Source: an uncultured Sandaracinaceae bacterium (GTDB taxonomy: Bacteria > Myxococcota_A > Polyangia > Polyangiales > JADJQN01). From it: DNA of 36,730 nucleotides. Position 1 is the first letter of the stretch; every line of letters begins with the position of its first letter. Below are positions 16,992-26,933 of the stretch, in pieces. The position numbers and the translations under genes are program-made. The stretch lies in the NCBI GenBank assembly GCA_964635815.1, contig CAZWQH010000004.1, positions 1-36,730 on the forward strand. The letters run 5' to 3'. Under the pieces are notes generated by a model. The model was not told the DNA's origin. It did no database searches and worked only from the letters and a program-made list of their open reading frames with translations.

Positions 16992-18074
16992 GTGCCCAAG
17001 AAGTCACCATCGTCCAAACAAACCGAATCCCCGGCGAACGCCGCTAAAGGCGCCTCAAAGCAGCCGGTGAAGCGTGCCGGGAAATGCGCGATCGTCGGCC
17101 GTCCGAACGTCGGGAAATCGACGCTTCTCAATCAGGTGATCGGGCACTCGCTCGCGATCGCAACCAAGACTCCGCAGACCACGCGCAACCGGATTCTCGG
17201 AGTCACTGTGGTCGACGAACCGGAGCGAACGCAGATTGCATTTGTCGACACGCCCGGTTTGCACAAGCCCAAGACCGCTCTTGGACGCGCGCTTATCGAA
17301 GAAGCAAAGGCGGCTCTCGAGGACGTCGACGTCATCGTCTTCGTAACCGACGTTCGGGCAACGCCAGACATCGATGTCTTCGCGCTCGAACATCTGCGCG
17401 CGCGAAAGATCCCGATCCTCCTGGCCATCAACAAGGTCGACTCACTGAAGACCAAGGTGCGGTTGTTCGAGCTACTCACGTCGTACAGCGACACGAAGCT
17501 CTTCGACGCGTTGATTCCCATTTCTGCGAAGACCGGCGACCAGGTCGATAAGCTTCTGAAAGAAATCGCGTCGCGCATGCCGGAGGGCGCGCTGTTCGAC
17601 GAGGAGTTCCTGACGGATCGCCCGGAGCGATTCTTCGCCTCGGAAATCATCCGCGAAGCCGCAATGTCGCATTTGCGCGACGAGCTACCACACGGACTCG
17701 CCGTAGTAATCGACGACTGGGCAGAGACGTCACGCCCGGTCAGTCAGGGATCGAAAGAACGCACACCCATTACACGCGTGACGGCGTCGATCATCGTCGA
17801 ACGCGAGTCCCACAAGAAGATGGTCATAGGCGCACGCGGTGGAATGTCGAAAGCCATCGGTACATCTGCGCGCATCGGTCTCGAGCGCATGCTCGGACGC
17901 AAAGTATTTCTGGAGATTTGGGTGCGCGTCGAAGAAGACTGGACGGACGATGACCGTCAGGTCCGCAGCCTCGTGCTGGATGCACAGCCGGCGGCGTACG
18001 AGCGACCGCACGTTGATGCGCGACGAGGGTCGCGCGCGGCCCCGAGTCCGGAGACGCGCCGAGGTTCACGATGA
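16992..18074 (+). CDS. era: GTPase Era
   Basis: GRPNVGKSTLLN, TPQTTRNRILG, DTPG, NKVD, ERFFASEIIRE, ELPH and a KH domain. Probable start at GTG 16992 (track ORF from 16893). Confidence 0.96.
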   Translation: MPKKSPSSKQTESPANAAKGASKQPVKRAGKCAIVGRPNVGKSTLLNQVIGHSLAIATKTPQTTRNRILGVTVVDEPERTQIAFVDTPGLHKPKTALGRALIEEAKAALEDVDVIVFVTDVRATPDIDVFALEHLRARKIPILLAINKVDSLKTKVRLFELLTSYSDTKLFDALIPISAKTGDQVDKLLKEIASRMPEGALFDEEFLTDRPERFFASEIIREAAMSHLRDELPHGLAVVIDDWAETSRPVSQGSKERTPITRVTASIIVERESHKKMVIGARGGMSKAIGTSARIGLERMLGRKVFLEIWVRVEEDWTDDDRQVRSLVLDAQPAAYERPHVDARRGSRAAPSPETRRGSR

Positions 18075-19594
18075 CCACGGATCCACGCGGACCCAAGCCG
18101 GAGGAAGACGAAGCGACGCTCGTAGGCGGCGTCGGCGAAGACGAGCTCGACGATCTCGACAGCGATCTCGACGCAGACGATGCGCGAACCTCGAGCGGTG
18201 CTCATGACGCCCCCTCGGAAGAGGCTCCTCTGGAACAGGATGTCGCCTTTCCTCACGTCGAAGTTGCATTGCCGGTAGTGGCAATCGTCGGTCGCCCGAA
18301 CGTCGGCAAGAGCACGTTGTTCAATCGGTTGGCACGACGCCGTCAAGCCGTGATTCACGACACTCCGGGCGTCACGCGCGACCGACATTACGCAAAGAGC
18401 GAAATGAACGGCAACCCCGTGATGATCGTGGATACCGGCGGATTCGACCCCAAGAGCGACAATCCGTTCGCACCGCTCATCGAGCGACAAGTCCGCATTG
18501 CGTTGGAAGAAGCCGATGTCGTCGTGTGCGTGCTCGATGCAACGATGCCTCCAGTCGCTGCGGACTTTGCGGCGGTTCAGCTCCTTCGCGAGAGCAAGCG
18601 GCCCGCGGTCTTCGTAGCAAACAAAGCCGATTCGCCTGCACACGCCACCGCAGTCGCGGACCACTACGGACTTGGTGTGCGCGAAGTCATTCCTGTCTCG
18701 GCACTCCACGGTGTCGGGATGGTCCTTCTCGAAGACGCGGTTGCCAAGGTGCTGCCGGAGCTCGGTGCGCGCGTTCCGATCGACCCGAGCATTCCTCGGA
18801 TTGCGATCGTCGGCCGTCCGAACGCCGGGAAGTCATCGCTCGTGAACCGGCTCCTTGGCGAAGAGCGGCAACTTGTCAGCGATGTGGCTGGCACCACCGT
18901 AGATTCCGTCGACTCGCTGTTCGAGAAAGACGGCCGCCGATTCGTCCTCGTCGACACCGCGGGGCTGCGCCGCAAACGCTCCGTCGACGAAGGCGTGGAA
19001 TCACTCGCGGTATTTGCCGCACTTCGAGCGATCGAACGCGCGAACGCTGTCGTTCTGCTCATCGACGGCGAAGTCGGAATCACCGAACAGGACACACGAA
19101 TCGCGGGGCTCGTTGTAGACCGCGGACGCGCGCTCGTGGTCGCGCTCAACAAATCGGATCTCCTTTCCGATGAAGATCGACGAAAGCGAATGACTGATAT
19201 TCGCGAGGCGTTGATCTTCGCGAGCTGGGCGCCGCTCCTATTCGTAAGCGCGAAAACCGGCCGCGGCACCACGAAGCTGATCGATCTCGCGAGCACTGCG
19301 CTCGAGCAACGCGGGCGACGCATCTCGACGTCGGAGATCAACAAGTTCTTCGAGTCCGTTCTGTCGAAGCACCCACCCCCCATTCACAAGGGTCGCTCCG
19401 TTCGCATCTACTACGTGACGCAGATCACGGCGTATCCGCCGACGTTCGCGGCCGTCACGAACCACCCGGACGCAATCCACTTCAGCTATCAACGCTACGT
19501 GATCAATCAGCTGCGCGAGCACTTTGGTTTCGCAGGAACGCCGGTACGCGTTCGCTATCGGCCGAAGCGGTCGCGGAGCACCGTCGTTGAATGA
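18071..19594 (+). CDS. der: Ribosome biogenesis GTPase Der (EngA)
   Basis: Two G-domains (GRPNVGKSTLFN/TRDR/DTGG/NKAD and GRPNAGKSSL/GTTVD/DTAG/NKSD) and a KH-like C-terminus (SYQRYVINQLREHFGFAGTP); acidic N-terminal extension. Confidence 0.97.
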   Translation: MTTDPRGPKPEEDEATLVGGVGEDELDDLDSDLDADDARTSSGAHDAPSEEAPLEQDVAFPHVEVALPVVAIVGRPNVGKSTLFNRLARRRQAVIHDTPGVTRDRHYAKSEMNGNPVMIVDTGGFDPKSDNPFAPLIERQVRIALEEADVVVCVLDATMPPVAADFAAVQLLRESKRPAVFVANKADSPAHATAVADHYGLGVREVIPVSALHGVGMVLLEDAVAKVLPELGARVPIDPSIPRIAIVGRPNAGKSSLVNRLLGEERQLVSDVAGTTVDSVDSLFEKDGRRFVLVDTAGLRRKRSVDEGVESLAVFAALRAIERANAVVLLIDGEVGITEQDTRIAGLVVDRGRALVVALNKSDLLSDEDRRKRMTDIREALIFASWAPLLFVSAKTGRGTTKLIDLASTALEQRGRRISTSEINKFFESVLSKHPPPIHKGRSVRIYYVTQITAYPPTFAAVTNHPDAIHFSYQRYVINQLREHFGFAGTPVRVRYRPKRSRSTVVE

Positions 19595-19692
19595 CACGCT
19601 GACAAATTCGCGATTTGCGGCCAGTGAATGGCAACCCGCGGCGCCGCGCGCTCAAATGCCGCGCAGTATCTCTGGCGGCGAGCGCTTCGCGC

Positions 19693-20343
19693 TCAAGTGC
19701 CGCGCTTTGCAATCAACTGATCGAGACGCGACGCGCTAAAGCCAACGAACACGTTGCCGTCGAAGTCCACAACAGGAATCCCCGGTGAAGAAATGCCGGC
19801 TGCTCGCGCTTTGTCGTGCATCTCGCGCGAAGCCCCAGGCTCGCGCTCCACGTCTTTCTCGACGAACGCGACGCCCTTCGACCGCAGGTACTGTTTTGTG
19901 GACGTGCACGCCTGACACCACGACGCTCCGTAGACGATGACGTCACGCACTTGTCGTGCCGCCGCAGCGTTCGCCGCGGCACGCGGTCGCGCGCGCTCCA
20001 CGAGCGTGTCGTAGGCCTCCCGCGAAACCATCCTCACCGCGTACTGCCCGCTAGCGCCCACCGTTCGAACATCCGCGAGGTACACGTGGCCTTCGGGCAG
20101 TTGCGTGCCGAGCGTCGCGCTGAGCGGGTCGACGCGAACATGTTGCCGACGCGCCTCGGGAATCTCGCTGCGTGTCTTGGCAGTGTGCGTTCCCTCGCCG
20201 TCGAACCATTGCAGGTACAAACCTTGAAGCTCGCCGCTCACCGCGAACGGTGGCTCTACCCCCACTCCGAGCTCCGCGTTTCCTCGGCGAGGAGTCGTCT
20301 CACAAGAGCAGAACAGGAGAACGAGCGGAAGAAGACTGCGCAT
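19693..20343 (-). CDS. Lipoprotein with C-terminal glutaredoxin (NrdH-like) domain
   Basis: MRSLLPLVLLFCSC; VIVYGASWCQAC...FVEKDVE...GIPVVDFDG...GFS. Confidence 0.85.
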   Translation of the reverse strand: MRSLLPLVLLFCSCETTPRRGNAELGVGVEPPFAVSGELQGLYLQWFDGEGTHTAKTRSEIPEARRQHVRVDPLSATLGTQLPEGHVYLADVRTVGASGQYAVRMVSREAYDTLVERARPRAAANAAAARQVRDVIVYGASWCQACTSTKQYLRSKGVAFVEKDVEREPGASREMHDKARAAGISSPGIPVVDFDGNVFVGFSASRLDQLIAKRGT

Positions 20344-20386
20344 GGATGGGGTTCGATGAGTGTTCCACGAACATTGTGACCGAACA

Positions 20387-20402
20387 AGGCATGCTTCCTG
20401 CG
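20387..20402 (+). promoter_or_regulatory. Putative sigma54 promoter of the glycoside hydrolase gene
   Basis: AGGCATGCTTCCTGCG, GG-N10-GC spacing, GGCAYG...CTGC match. Confidence 0.55.
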
Positions 20403-20415
20403 TCGGGTAGCTCCG

Positions 20416-22518
20416 ATGCATGTCCAAAGGGCACCGGTCGGGTCGCCAAGTTCCTCTGTTGTTTGCATGTCCGGACTGCTTGTCGCGTGCCTAGCGACGG
20501 CGTGTAGCAGCGAATCTGGCGCCAGCGTCGATGCAGGCTCAGCGAAGCCGGATTCTGTCGAGATCGATGGTTTCGCGATCGATGTCACTTCGGAGAGATC
20601 TGCAGACGCTGCCGCGGACGCGTCGCCAGGAGCTCCCGACGCGATTCGTGCTCTCGACGTGCGTACGGCGAGCGACGACGTCCCTGCCCGCGACACGCAA
20701 ACAGAAGTCGACGTTTCTAGCGACTCGTTCGTCGCACCCATCGATGCCTCTGGTCCACCGCTCGACTTCTACGAATCGCTCCGCAGTGTCGAATGGCACT
20801 ACATGGAGTGCCCGGCCGGTTCGGACTTTGGTTGCAAGCACGGAGATCTCGACTCGACAACGGAGGCCGCAGAGCGGGCGCGATTCGAACGCGACCTTCC
20901 GGTCATCCAAGCGCACGGGTTCAACGCCGTGTACTTCCAAAATTGGTGGATCACGTTTCAGTCGCGCGTGCATGAACCACTCAATCCCGTGGCCGTAGCC
21001 GAGCTTCGTGGAAAGCTCACTCTACTTCGCGCGCGCGGCATGCGAGCGATCTTGCCGCTGAACTTCTTGCTGCCGGGTATCTGCCCTCAAGGCGTCGAGG
21101 CCGGGCGACATGTAACGCGCAACGCAGCTGGTGAGCTCACGTTCATCGCTGACGAACCTTGCGCGAGCTTCCTGACACGTGAGGCCAACGTGCGAGCATT
21201 CGATGCGTACGTTGAGCGCTACCTCACCGCGATCGATGAGTTTGCAGACATGGTCGTCGTGATGGTGTTCCCGGAGAACATGGAAGCGTACGAACCTGGG
21301 CCGACGGGCGCGCCTGTCTTCGATGAAGCGGCGTTCCCCCTGATGCTCAGGCGAACTCTGGGCACCATGCCGAATCGGCTCCCGGCAGCACTGCGTGCTC
21401 GCTTCCGCTTTGGCTTTCACGACAACTGGGTCGCGGTGCTCTCGGATCAGCGTGCGTCGCCCATCGACGCCAGCGCATTCGACTTCTACAGCATCGCGAT
21501 CTATCCGTTCTACACCTGGCCGGACTACGCGACGGCCAAGAGCGCCGTGGGCAATGCGAACGGGCGCATCACTTTACCCGGCACGTACTTCTCGAACGGC
21601 GCGTCGAGTGCTCGCAGCTTGCACTTCCATCTCTCCAAAGCGATGGCCAACGTCCGGAACGTGGTGATGCGCGAGCGCGTTCTCCCGATTATCTTCGGCG
21701 AAAGCGGCGATGCCTACTGCCACGATTGGGATGCCGACGGTTGGCACGCATGGATCAACACGGCGCTCGCGGAGTTCTTTCACGCGCGACGCATCGGGTC
21801 GAGCTTCTGGACGTGGGGCTCCACCACAAGCAACGATTCATCAGGTCGCCCTTGGCATTGCCGAGGCGAGACAGCGACGGAGCATTCGTTCATCCGTCCG
21901 GACGGAACCCCACGCCTCACAGCGACTCGCGTTGCGAACGTGTTCGCCCGGCAAGCGCCCCCGGTTCCGACGTTCACGATCACTGGGGGTGCGGCGCCAA
22001 CCACTGCGCCCGCCGGAGAAACGTTTCGTGTCTCGTGCCGTATGACAGAGACGACGGCTTGCGCGATGGCGAATCTCTCGAGTGGGGAGGAGTGCACTCG
22101 CGATGCGCGAGACCCGAGCGTGTTCGACTGCCGCGCCAACTCAACCGGTGTGTCGCAAGTCATGTGCGGAACCCGGACCGCGCTCGATCCTTTCTGCCCG
22201 AACACCGCCCGCCCACTCGGTGCGATCACGTTGACGGCCGATGCGTATACCGTCGTATCGGTGAACGCACCCGCGACGGCGCCTTTTCAGACGGCCGTAC
22301 GCGTAACATGCACCTACGCTTCGCGTGACGTACCGTGTGCGTACGCGAAGCTTGGATCCGCGGATTGCGTCTCCGTCTCTAGCAGCGGGGAAACACTGAC
22401 GTTCGACTGCCCCTCGGCAGAGCGTGGAGCTCAACCGCTGACGTGTGGCACCTCGCGCGCGATTCGCGCCGCGTGTCCGGATCGCGCGCAAGTACTTCGT
22501 ACGGTGACAATCAACTAA
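20416..22518 (+). CDS. Lipoprotein: clan GH-A (GH5/GH42-like) TIM-barrel glycoside hydrolase plus two Cys-rich C-terminal repeats
   Basis: Lipobox-like LATAC; DLPVIQAHGFNAVY, WITFQ, GMRAIL, PENME (putative acid/base), FDFYSIAIYP, PIIFGESG (putative nucleophile), GSSFWTW. Confidence 0.7.
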   Translation: MHVQRAPVGSPSSSVVCMSGLLVACLATACSSESGASVDAGSAKPDSVEIDGFAIDVTSERSADAAADASPGAPDAIRALDVRTASDDVPARDTQTEVDVSSDSFVAPIDASGPPLDFYESLRSVEWHYMECPAGSDFGCKHGDLDSTTEAAERARFERDLPVIQAHGFNAVYFQNWWITFQSRVHEPLNPVAVAELRGKLTLLRARGMRAILPLNFLLPGICPQGVEAGRHVTRNAAGELTFIADEPCASFLTREANVRAFDAYVERYLTAIDEFADMVVVMVFPENMEAYEPGPTGAPVFDEAAFPLMLRRTLGTMPNRLPAALRARFRFGFHDNWVAVLSDQRASPIDASAFDFYSIAIYPFYTWPDYATAKSAVGNANGRITLPGTYFSNGASSARSLHFHLSKAMANVRNVVMRERVLPIIFGESGDAYCHDWDADGWHAWINTALAEFFHARRIGSSFWTWGSTTSNDSSGRPWHCRGETATEHSFIRPDGTPRLTATRVANVFARQAPPVPTFTITGGAAPTTAPAGETFRVSCRMTETTACAMANLSSGEECTRDARDPSVFDCRANSTGVSQVMCGTRTALDPFCPNTARPLGAITLTADAYTVVSVNAPATAPFQTAVRVTCTYASRDVPCAYAKLGSADCVSVSSSGETLTFDCPSAERGAQPLTCGTSRAIRAACPDRAQVLRTVTIN

Positions 22519-23915
22519 GTGTCCGCATCACCGTCGTTGCTTTCACTAGCGGACGAAGCGATCGCAGCGACTCCGTGACGCTTCATGATCTTCTTGAAGT
22601 ACATGCGTTCGACCGATGACGCAGCCGCCGCACGCGAAATGTTTCCGTCAAACCTGCTGAGCTGCGCTTCGACGTAGCTCTTCTCGAGGGCGTTTGCGTG
22701 CTCCGATTTGACATCCATGAGCGGTCGCAAGAGATCCCCTTCTCGAATGACGCGAGAACGCGGACCTTCGCTCGACTGCGAATTTGCGGCGGGCGGAATG
22801 GATCTCACTCGTTCGACTGCGTCGGTTTGCCCAAGCACCAGGGTTCGTTCGACCACGTTTCGCAACTCGCGCACGTTGCCAGGCCAACCGTGGCTCTCGA
22901 GCTTCGCCCAGGTAGCCTCGCGAATGCTCGCGACAGTCGCCTGTGCACGCGCGGTTTCATCCACGAGCTGCGAGATGAAGTGCGCGACCAACATGCGGAT
23001 GTCTTCGACTCGTTCGCGCAGAGGGGGCGAGAAGAGCCTGAGCACAGCAAGTCGGTAGTAGAGGTCCTCGCGGAAGGTGCCGCGGTTCACTTCGATTGCG
23101 AGATCACGATGCGTGGCTGCGACCACGCGAATGTTTGCACGCTGCGATTCTGTCGAGCCAACGCGCCGGTACTCGCGCGCCTCGAGCACGCGGAGCAGCT
23201 TTGGTTGGAGCTCAAGTGGAAGCTCGCCGATTTCGTCCAGGAAGAGCGTTCCACCGTCCGCTTCGGAGATGTACCCATCGCGCCTTCGGTCCGCGCCCGT
23301 GAATGCACCGCGCTCGTGTCCGAAGAGCTCGCTCTCGAGGAGATTCGGTGCCACCGACGAGCAGTCGAACGTGACGAGTGCGCCGTTTGCGCGCGAGCTG
23401 CGTTCGTGGATTGCACGCGCGATGAGCTCTTTGCCCGTTCCGGTTTCGCCTTGAACCAGCACTGTCGTGTCGAGGGGCGCGACCCGTTCGATCAACGCAA
23501 ACAGCTCCCGCATCACGCGGGCACTACCGACGAGCGAGCCGATTCGCTCGGAGGCGCTTTGTTCCACAGGGCTCGCTGAAGATTGAAGTCGAAACTTCAG
23601 GCTCACGCCGCCCACGCGGATCGTCGCCCCGTCTTTGAGATACGCGTCGATTACGCGGGTACCATCGACAAAGGTCCCATTGCGGCTGCCGAGGTCGCGA
23701 AGACGATGACCGTGCTCGTCGATCGTGATTTCGCAATGAACACGACTGACCGATGCATCGCTGAGCGAGAGATCCGGGCCGTGCGAGCGAGAGCCGATGA
23801 CGAAGGCTGCGCGCGCGACCGAGATCGGGGCGACGTTCGGCTGTTCGATCGTGTACGCGGTCAGGCTCCGAGCTCTTTGCGCAGGCATCGCCGCAGTCTC
23901 CTGAGATGCCGTCAT
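22515..23915 (-). CDS. FHA-domain sigma54-dependent enhancer-binding protein
   Basis: FHA (DASVSRVHCEI...DLGSRNGTFVDG), GETGTGKE, GAFTGA, FREDLYYRL, WPGNVRELRN and HTH. Start at 23915 or 23966. Confidence 0.94.
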   Translation of the reverse strand: MTASQETAAMPAQRARSLTAYTIEQPNVAPISVARAAFVIGSRSHGPDLSLSDASVSRVHCEITIDEHGHRLRDLGSRNGTFVDGTRVIDAYLKDGATIRVGGVSLKFRLQSSASPVEQSASERIGSLVGSARVMRELFALIERVAPLDTTVLVQGETGTGKELIARAIHERSSRANGALVTFDCSSVAPNLLESELFGHERGAFTGADRRRDGYISEADGGTLFLDEIGELPLELQPKLLRVLEAREYRRVGSTESQRANIRVVAATHRDLAIEVNRGTFREDLYYRLAVLRLFSPPLRERVEDIRMLVAHFISQLVDETARAQATVASIREATWAKLESHGWPGNVRELRNVVERTLVLGQTDAVERVRSIPPAANSQSSEGPRSRVIREGDLLRPLMDVKSEHANALEKSYVEAQLSRFDGNISRAAAASSVERMYFKKIMKRHGVAAIASSASESNDGDADT

Positions 23916-23931
23916 GCGCGAACCGTACACT

Positions 23932-25560
23932 CTACGGACTGGTCGCGGGAGGAAACGCGTGTCCAATCGTGCTCACCCCGCCGGGCCGAATATCGACTGT
24001 GCGAAGCTCGCGTTGACCATCCGGTCGCCGAAGCTCGACGCGATGGGACCCTGCCTCGACCTGAAGTCGCACGATCGGCGTAGCGCGCAAGAGATGACCA
24101 TCGAGATACACCTCCGACCAGGGCAATGAATTGACAGACAAGAAACCCGACGCGGCCGGAGCGGGCGCGGCAACCGTGGACGGCGAGCGCTTCGACTCTG
24201 GGATGGGAGGGGCGCCCTTGGTTGAGGTGACCTTACGACGAGGCACTGACGCGACCGGCTCGATCTGCGCGTCGACCTCCACTTGCAAGGGACGTCCTTG
24301 AGCTGTGTCGGGTTCACGGCTCGGAGCGACCTGCTTCGCCACCAGGTTCGCAGCGTTCGTGGGCGGAGGAACCGTCTCGTTCACACCACCGCCGAAAACA
24401 CCCAACGAAAATGCCCCAACCGCGAGCGCACCAACCCCGACTGACATTGCGACCAACCCGACCGACGTTGACCTCCGGCGCGCCATCTCAGAACGGCCAG
24501 CGTTGCGTCGATGGTCAACGTCGGTCGCCTTGGCAACGTGGTTCGGTCGCGTCGCCGAAATGTCCTTGGTCGCGAAACGGGGGACATTCTCCGTGCCACC
24601 CATCCACTCGAGCTCGGCACCAAGCAGCGCATCGAAGCCCGGTATTGCCTGAGCTGCGTGAGACGGAACGTCCACTAGCGCAGCGATCTTCGCCGCCGAC
24701 GCGTACAGCCCCAATTGTCGCGAACAGCCCTCCAGAGCCTCGAGCATCGCGGATGCCGTCTCGAAGCGTTGGTATGGCTCAGGATCGAGGGCTCGCATCA
24801 CAATCTCCGACAGGACGTCGGGCACATCGGCGCGGACGGTACGCGGAGCGGAAATCGTGCGTGTGATCACGGACGCGAGAGCCTCCATCGCGGTCGCGGC
24901 GCGAACGGGGGAGGTGCCGACCAACATCTCGTACAGAGTGCCTCCCACCCCATAGACGTCGGTTCGCTCATCGAGTGCGAGGCCACGCAGCTGTTCGGGG
25001 GCCATGTACGCAATCTTTCCACGAACGATTTCGGACTGCGCTTCCCCGCTCACAGCGATTCCGAAGTCCGCCAGCTTCACTTGTCCTTCGCGTGACACGA
25101 GGACGTTGTGGGGCGAGATATCGCAGTGAATGAGCGCGTTCTTCCGATCGCCGCGTGGTCGGTGCGCGTGCTCGAGACCTTTGAGCATATCGATCGCGAT
25201 CGCGAGAGCGCAGCCAACGTCAAGCTTTCGATTCTCGAGCGCCAAGCGTTCAAGAATGGTCGCCAGCGACGCCCCGTCTATGTATTCGAGAACGAGGAAG
25301 AGACGGTCGTCAACCTGCGCGACATCGAACGCTTGGACGATGTTCGCGTGAGACAGCTCGATCGTGGCTCGCATCTCCTTTGCAAAAAGCTGCGTGTTTT
25401 CTGCGGTTCCGGTTCGGTCTTCGCGCAGCACCTTGAGAGCCACGACCTTCTCGACTCCAGCGAGCCCGCGCATCCGAGCGCGATAGACGTCACCCATTCC
25501 GCCGCGCGCGATGCGCTCTTCGATGAAGTAACGAGTGCTCGAGATGGCAGCGTCGAGCAT
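23932..25560 (-). CDS. Membrane Ser/Thr protein kinase with C-terminal PEGA-like domain
   Basis: ARGGMGDVY, VALK, HANIV, HCDISPHN, DFG, YMAPEQ, TDVY; TM helix; GFLSVNSLPWSEVYLDG...TP...GSHRVEL. Start at ATG 25560. Confidence 0.93.
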   Translation of the reverse strand: MLDAAISSTRYFIEERIARGGMGDVYRARMRGLAGVEKVVALKVLREDRTGTAENTQLFAKEMRATIELSHANIVQAFDVAQVDDRLFLVLEYIDGASLATILERLALENRKLDVGCALAIAIDMLKGLEHAHRPRGDRKNALIHCDISPHNVLVSREGQVKLADFGIAVSGEAQSEIVRGKIAYMAPEQLRGLALDERTDVYGVGGTLYEMLVGTSPVRAATAMEALASVITRTISAPRTVRADVPDVLSEIVMRALDPEPYQRFETASAMLEALEGCSRQLGLYASAAKIAALVDVPSHAAQAIPGFDALLGAELEWMGGTENVPRFATKDISATRPNHVAKATDVDHRRNAGRSEMARRRSTSVGLVAMSVGVGALAVGAFSLGVFGGGVNETVPPPTNAANLVAKQVAPSREPDTAQGRPLQVEVDAQIEPVASVPRRKVTSTKGAPPIPESKRSPSTVAAPAPAASGFLSVNSLPWSEVYLDGHLLRATPIVRLQVEAGSHRVELRRPDGQRELRTVDIRPGGVSTIGHAFPPATSP

Positions 25561-25564
25561 CGCG

Positions 25565-26770
25565 TTACTGATCCGTAAGGATCGGACGTTGGTACGGGCG
25601 CGCGTTGTCCACAGCAACACCGATGGCGATGCCCCCACCGACTAGCGCAGCGGTAGTCGCGATGGCGATGCCCCAGTGCAACGCGGTGTCATCGCCCGCT
25701 CGGACAGCGAAGCACGCGCGCATTGGAGCGCTGTCGATTCCTTCGAATGCTTCCGCCGCATCGTCGAGGGACACACCGGTGACGATGATATCCCTGTTCC
25801 TGCGCGTGACTTCGAATCCTTGACCGATGCCTGTGATCACGTAGTTCGATCCACGAGTGAGGCTGCTCAGGATCTGCAAAGTGGGATCCGGCCGTACCGA
25901 CGGTGAGGGCGGGTAGAGTTCGACATCTCGCTCTACGAACTCTGCCAATGGGATGGTGTGACTCGTCGTTGGGCGACACTCCAGCGAATCCTGGCCAGGA
26001 ACCTCCACTCGGGATTCCGCGGCTTCGATTCGGATCGAACGCAGCACCGGCTCACAACCAACGACCTCGATCTTCACGAAGTGCTCTCCGACCGCAACGG
26101 GTTGACCGCCACCTGCGTTTCTTGTGCCGTTGACATACACGAATGTGTCTTGGCGAGGCGGTCCGGTTCGCAAAGGTGCCCCGTGCGTGATGAAGCGGTC
26201 TCCGACGATCACGAGACCTTCCCCTGGAATGCGCGCGGCGAGCATCTCGTCGTAGCTCGTTCGCACGCTCGGCGAGAACTCGTCCGCATTTGGCTGCGAC
26301 GCGGGATCCAAATTGTACGCGTGAGCGAGAAATCCGTTCGCGGCGTCTGCGTGGCCGCGGGCGAGCTCGATCTCCGCCGCCACCCACAACGCACGAATCC
26401 AGCTCGGCCGCTGGTCAACGTCGGTCACCCTCGCGTGAAACAAACGCAACGCTTCGGCAATCATTTCGGCGGCGGCAGTCAGATTGAGGTCGCGGTAGAA
26501 CGCGAGCGCTCGCGCAACCCGCGTTTCGGCCTCCCGCAGGGAGTTCTGGCCGATGAGAAACACCCGAGTGCGCGGAGCACCTGCATATCGCTCCCGCAAC
26601 GTCCTCGCGACCTCAACGTCGGACGCGAAAACGTCGATCGCAAGATTCGCCCGCGCGTCGAGTTCGCAACGACCGACAGTGGCCCGACCGACGTTGGCGC
26701 CTCCACACGAAGCTAGTGACGCGAACACAATCGCTCCAAAGCCGATGAAGCGTTTCCGGAGCGGGCGCAT
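25565..26770 (-). CDS. Lipoprotein with TPR-like helices, PEGA-like domain and C-terminal hydrophobic helix
   Basis: Lipobox LASC; AYNLDP...FSPSVR helical signature; VYVNG...GEHFVKIE; C-terminal WGIAIATTAALVGGGIAIGV. Confidence 0.7.
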   Translation of the reverse strand: MRPLRKRFIGFGAIVFASLASCGGANVGRATVGRCELDARANLAIDVFASDVEVARTLRERYAGAPRTRVFLIGQNSLREAETRVARALAFYRDLNLTAAAEMIAEALRLFHARVTDVDQRPSWIRALWVAAEIELARGHADAANGFLAHAYNLDPASQPNADEFSPSVRTSYDEMLAARIPGEGLVIVGDRFITHGAPLRTGPPRQDTFVYVNGTRNAGGGQPVAVGEHFVKIEVVGCEPVLRSIRIEAAESRVEVPGQDSLECRPTTSHTIPLAEFVERDVELYPPSPSVRPDPTLQILSSLTRGSNYVITGIGQGFEVTRRNRDIIVTGVSLDDAAEAFEGIDSAPMRACFAVRAGDDTALHWGIAIATTAALVGGGIAIGVAVDNARPYQRPILTDQ

Positions 26771-26933
26771 GGTCCGACCTCTTTATAGCGCGCCCGACGG
26801 ACCGCGCTCCATTCATGTCACCGAGTGTCCGAGCACTCAGCGAGCGGTCGAAAGAGTGTCAGGGCTCTCAGACGGAGATTTGCTTGCGTGCATAAGTGCC
26901 AAGAAAATAGGATTCTCCTCTTGGATAGAGCGG

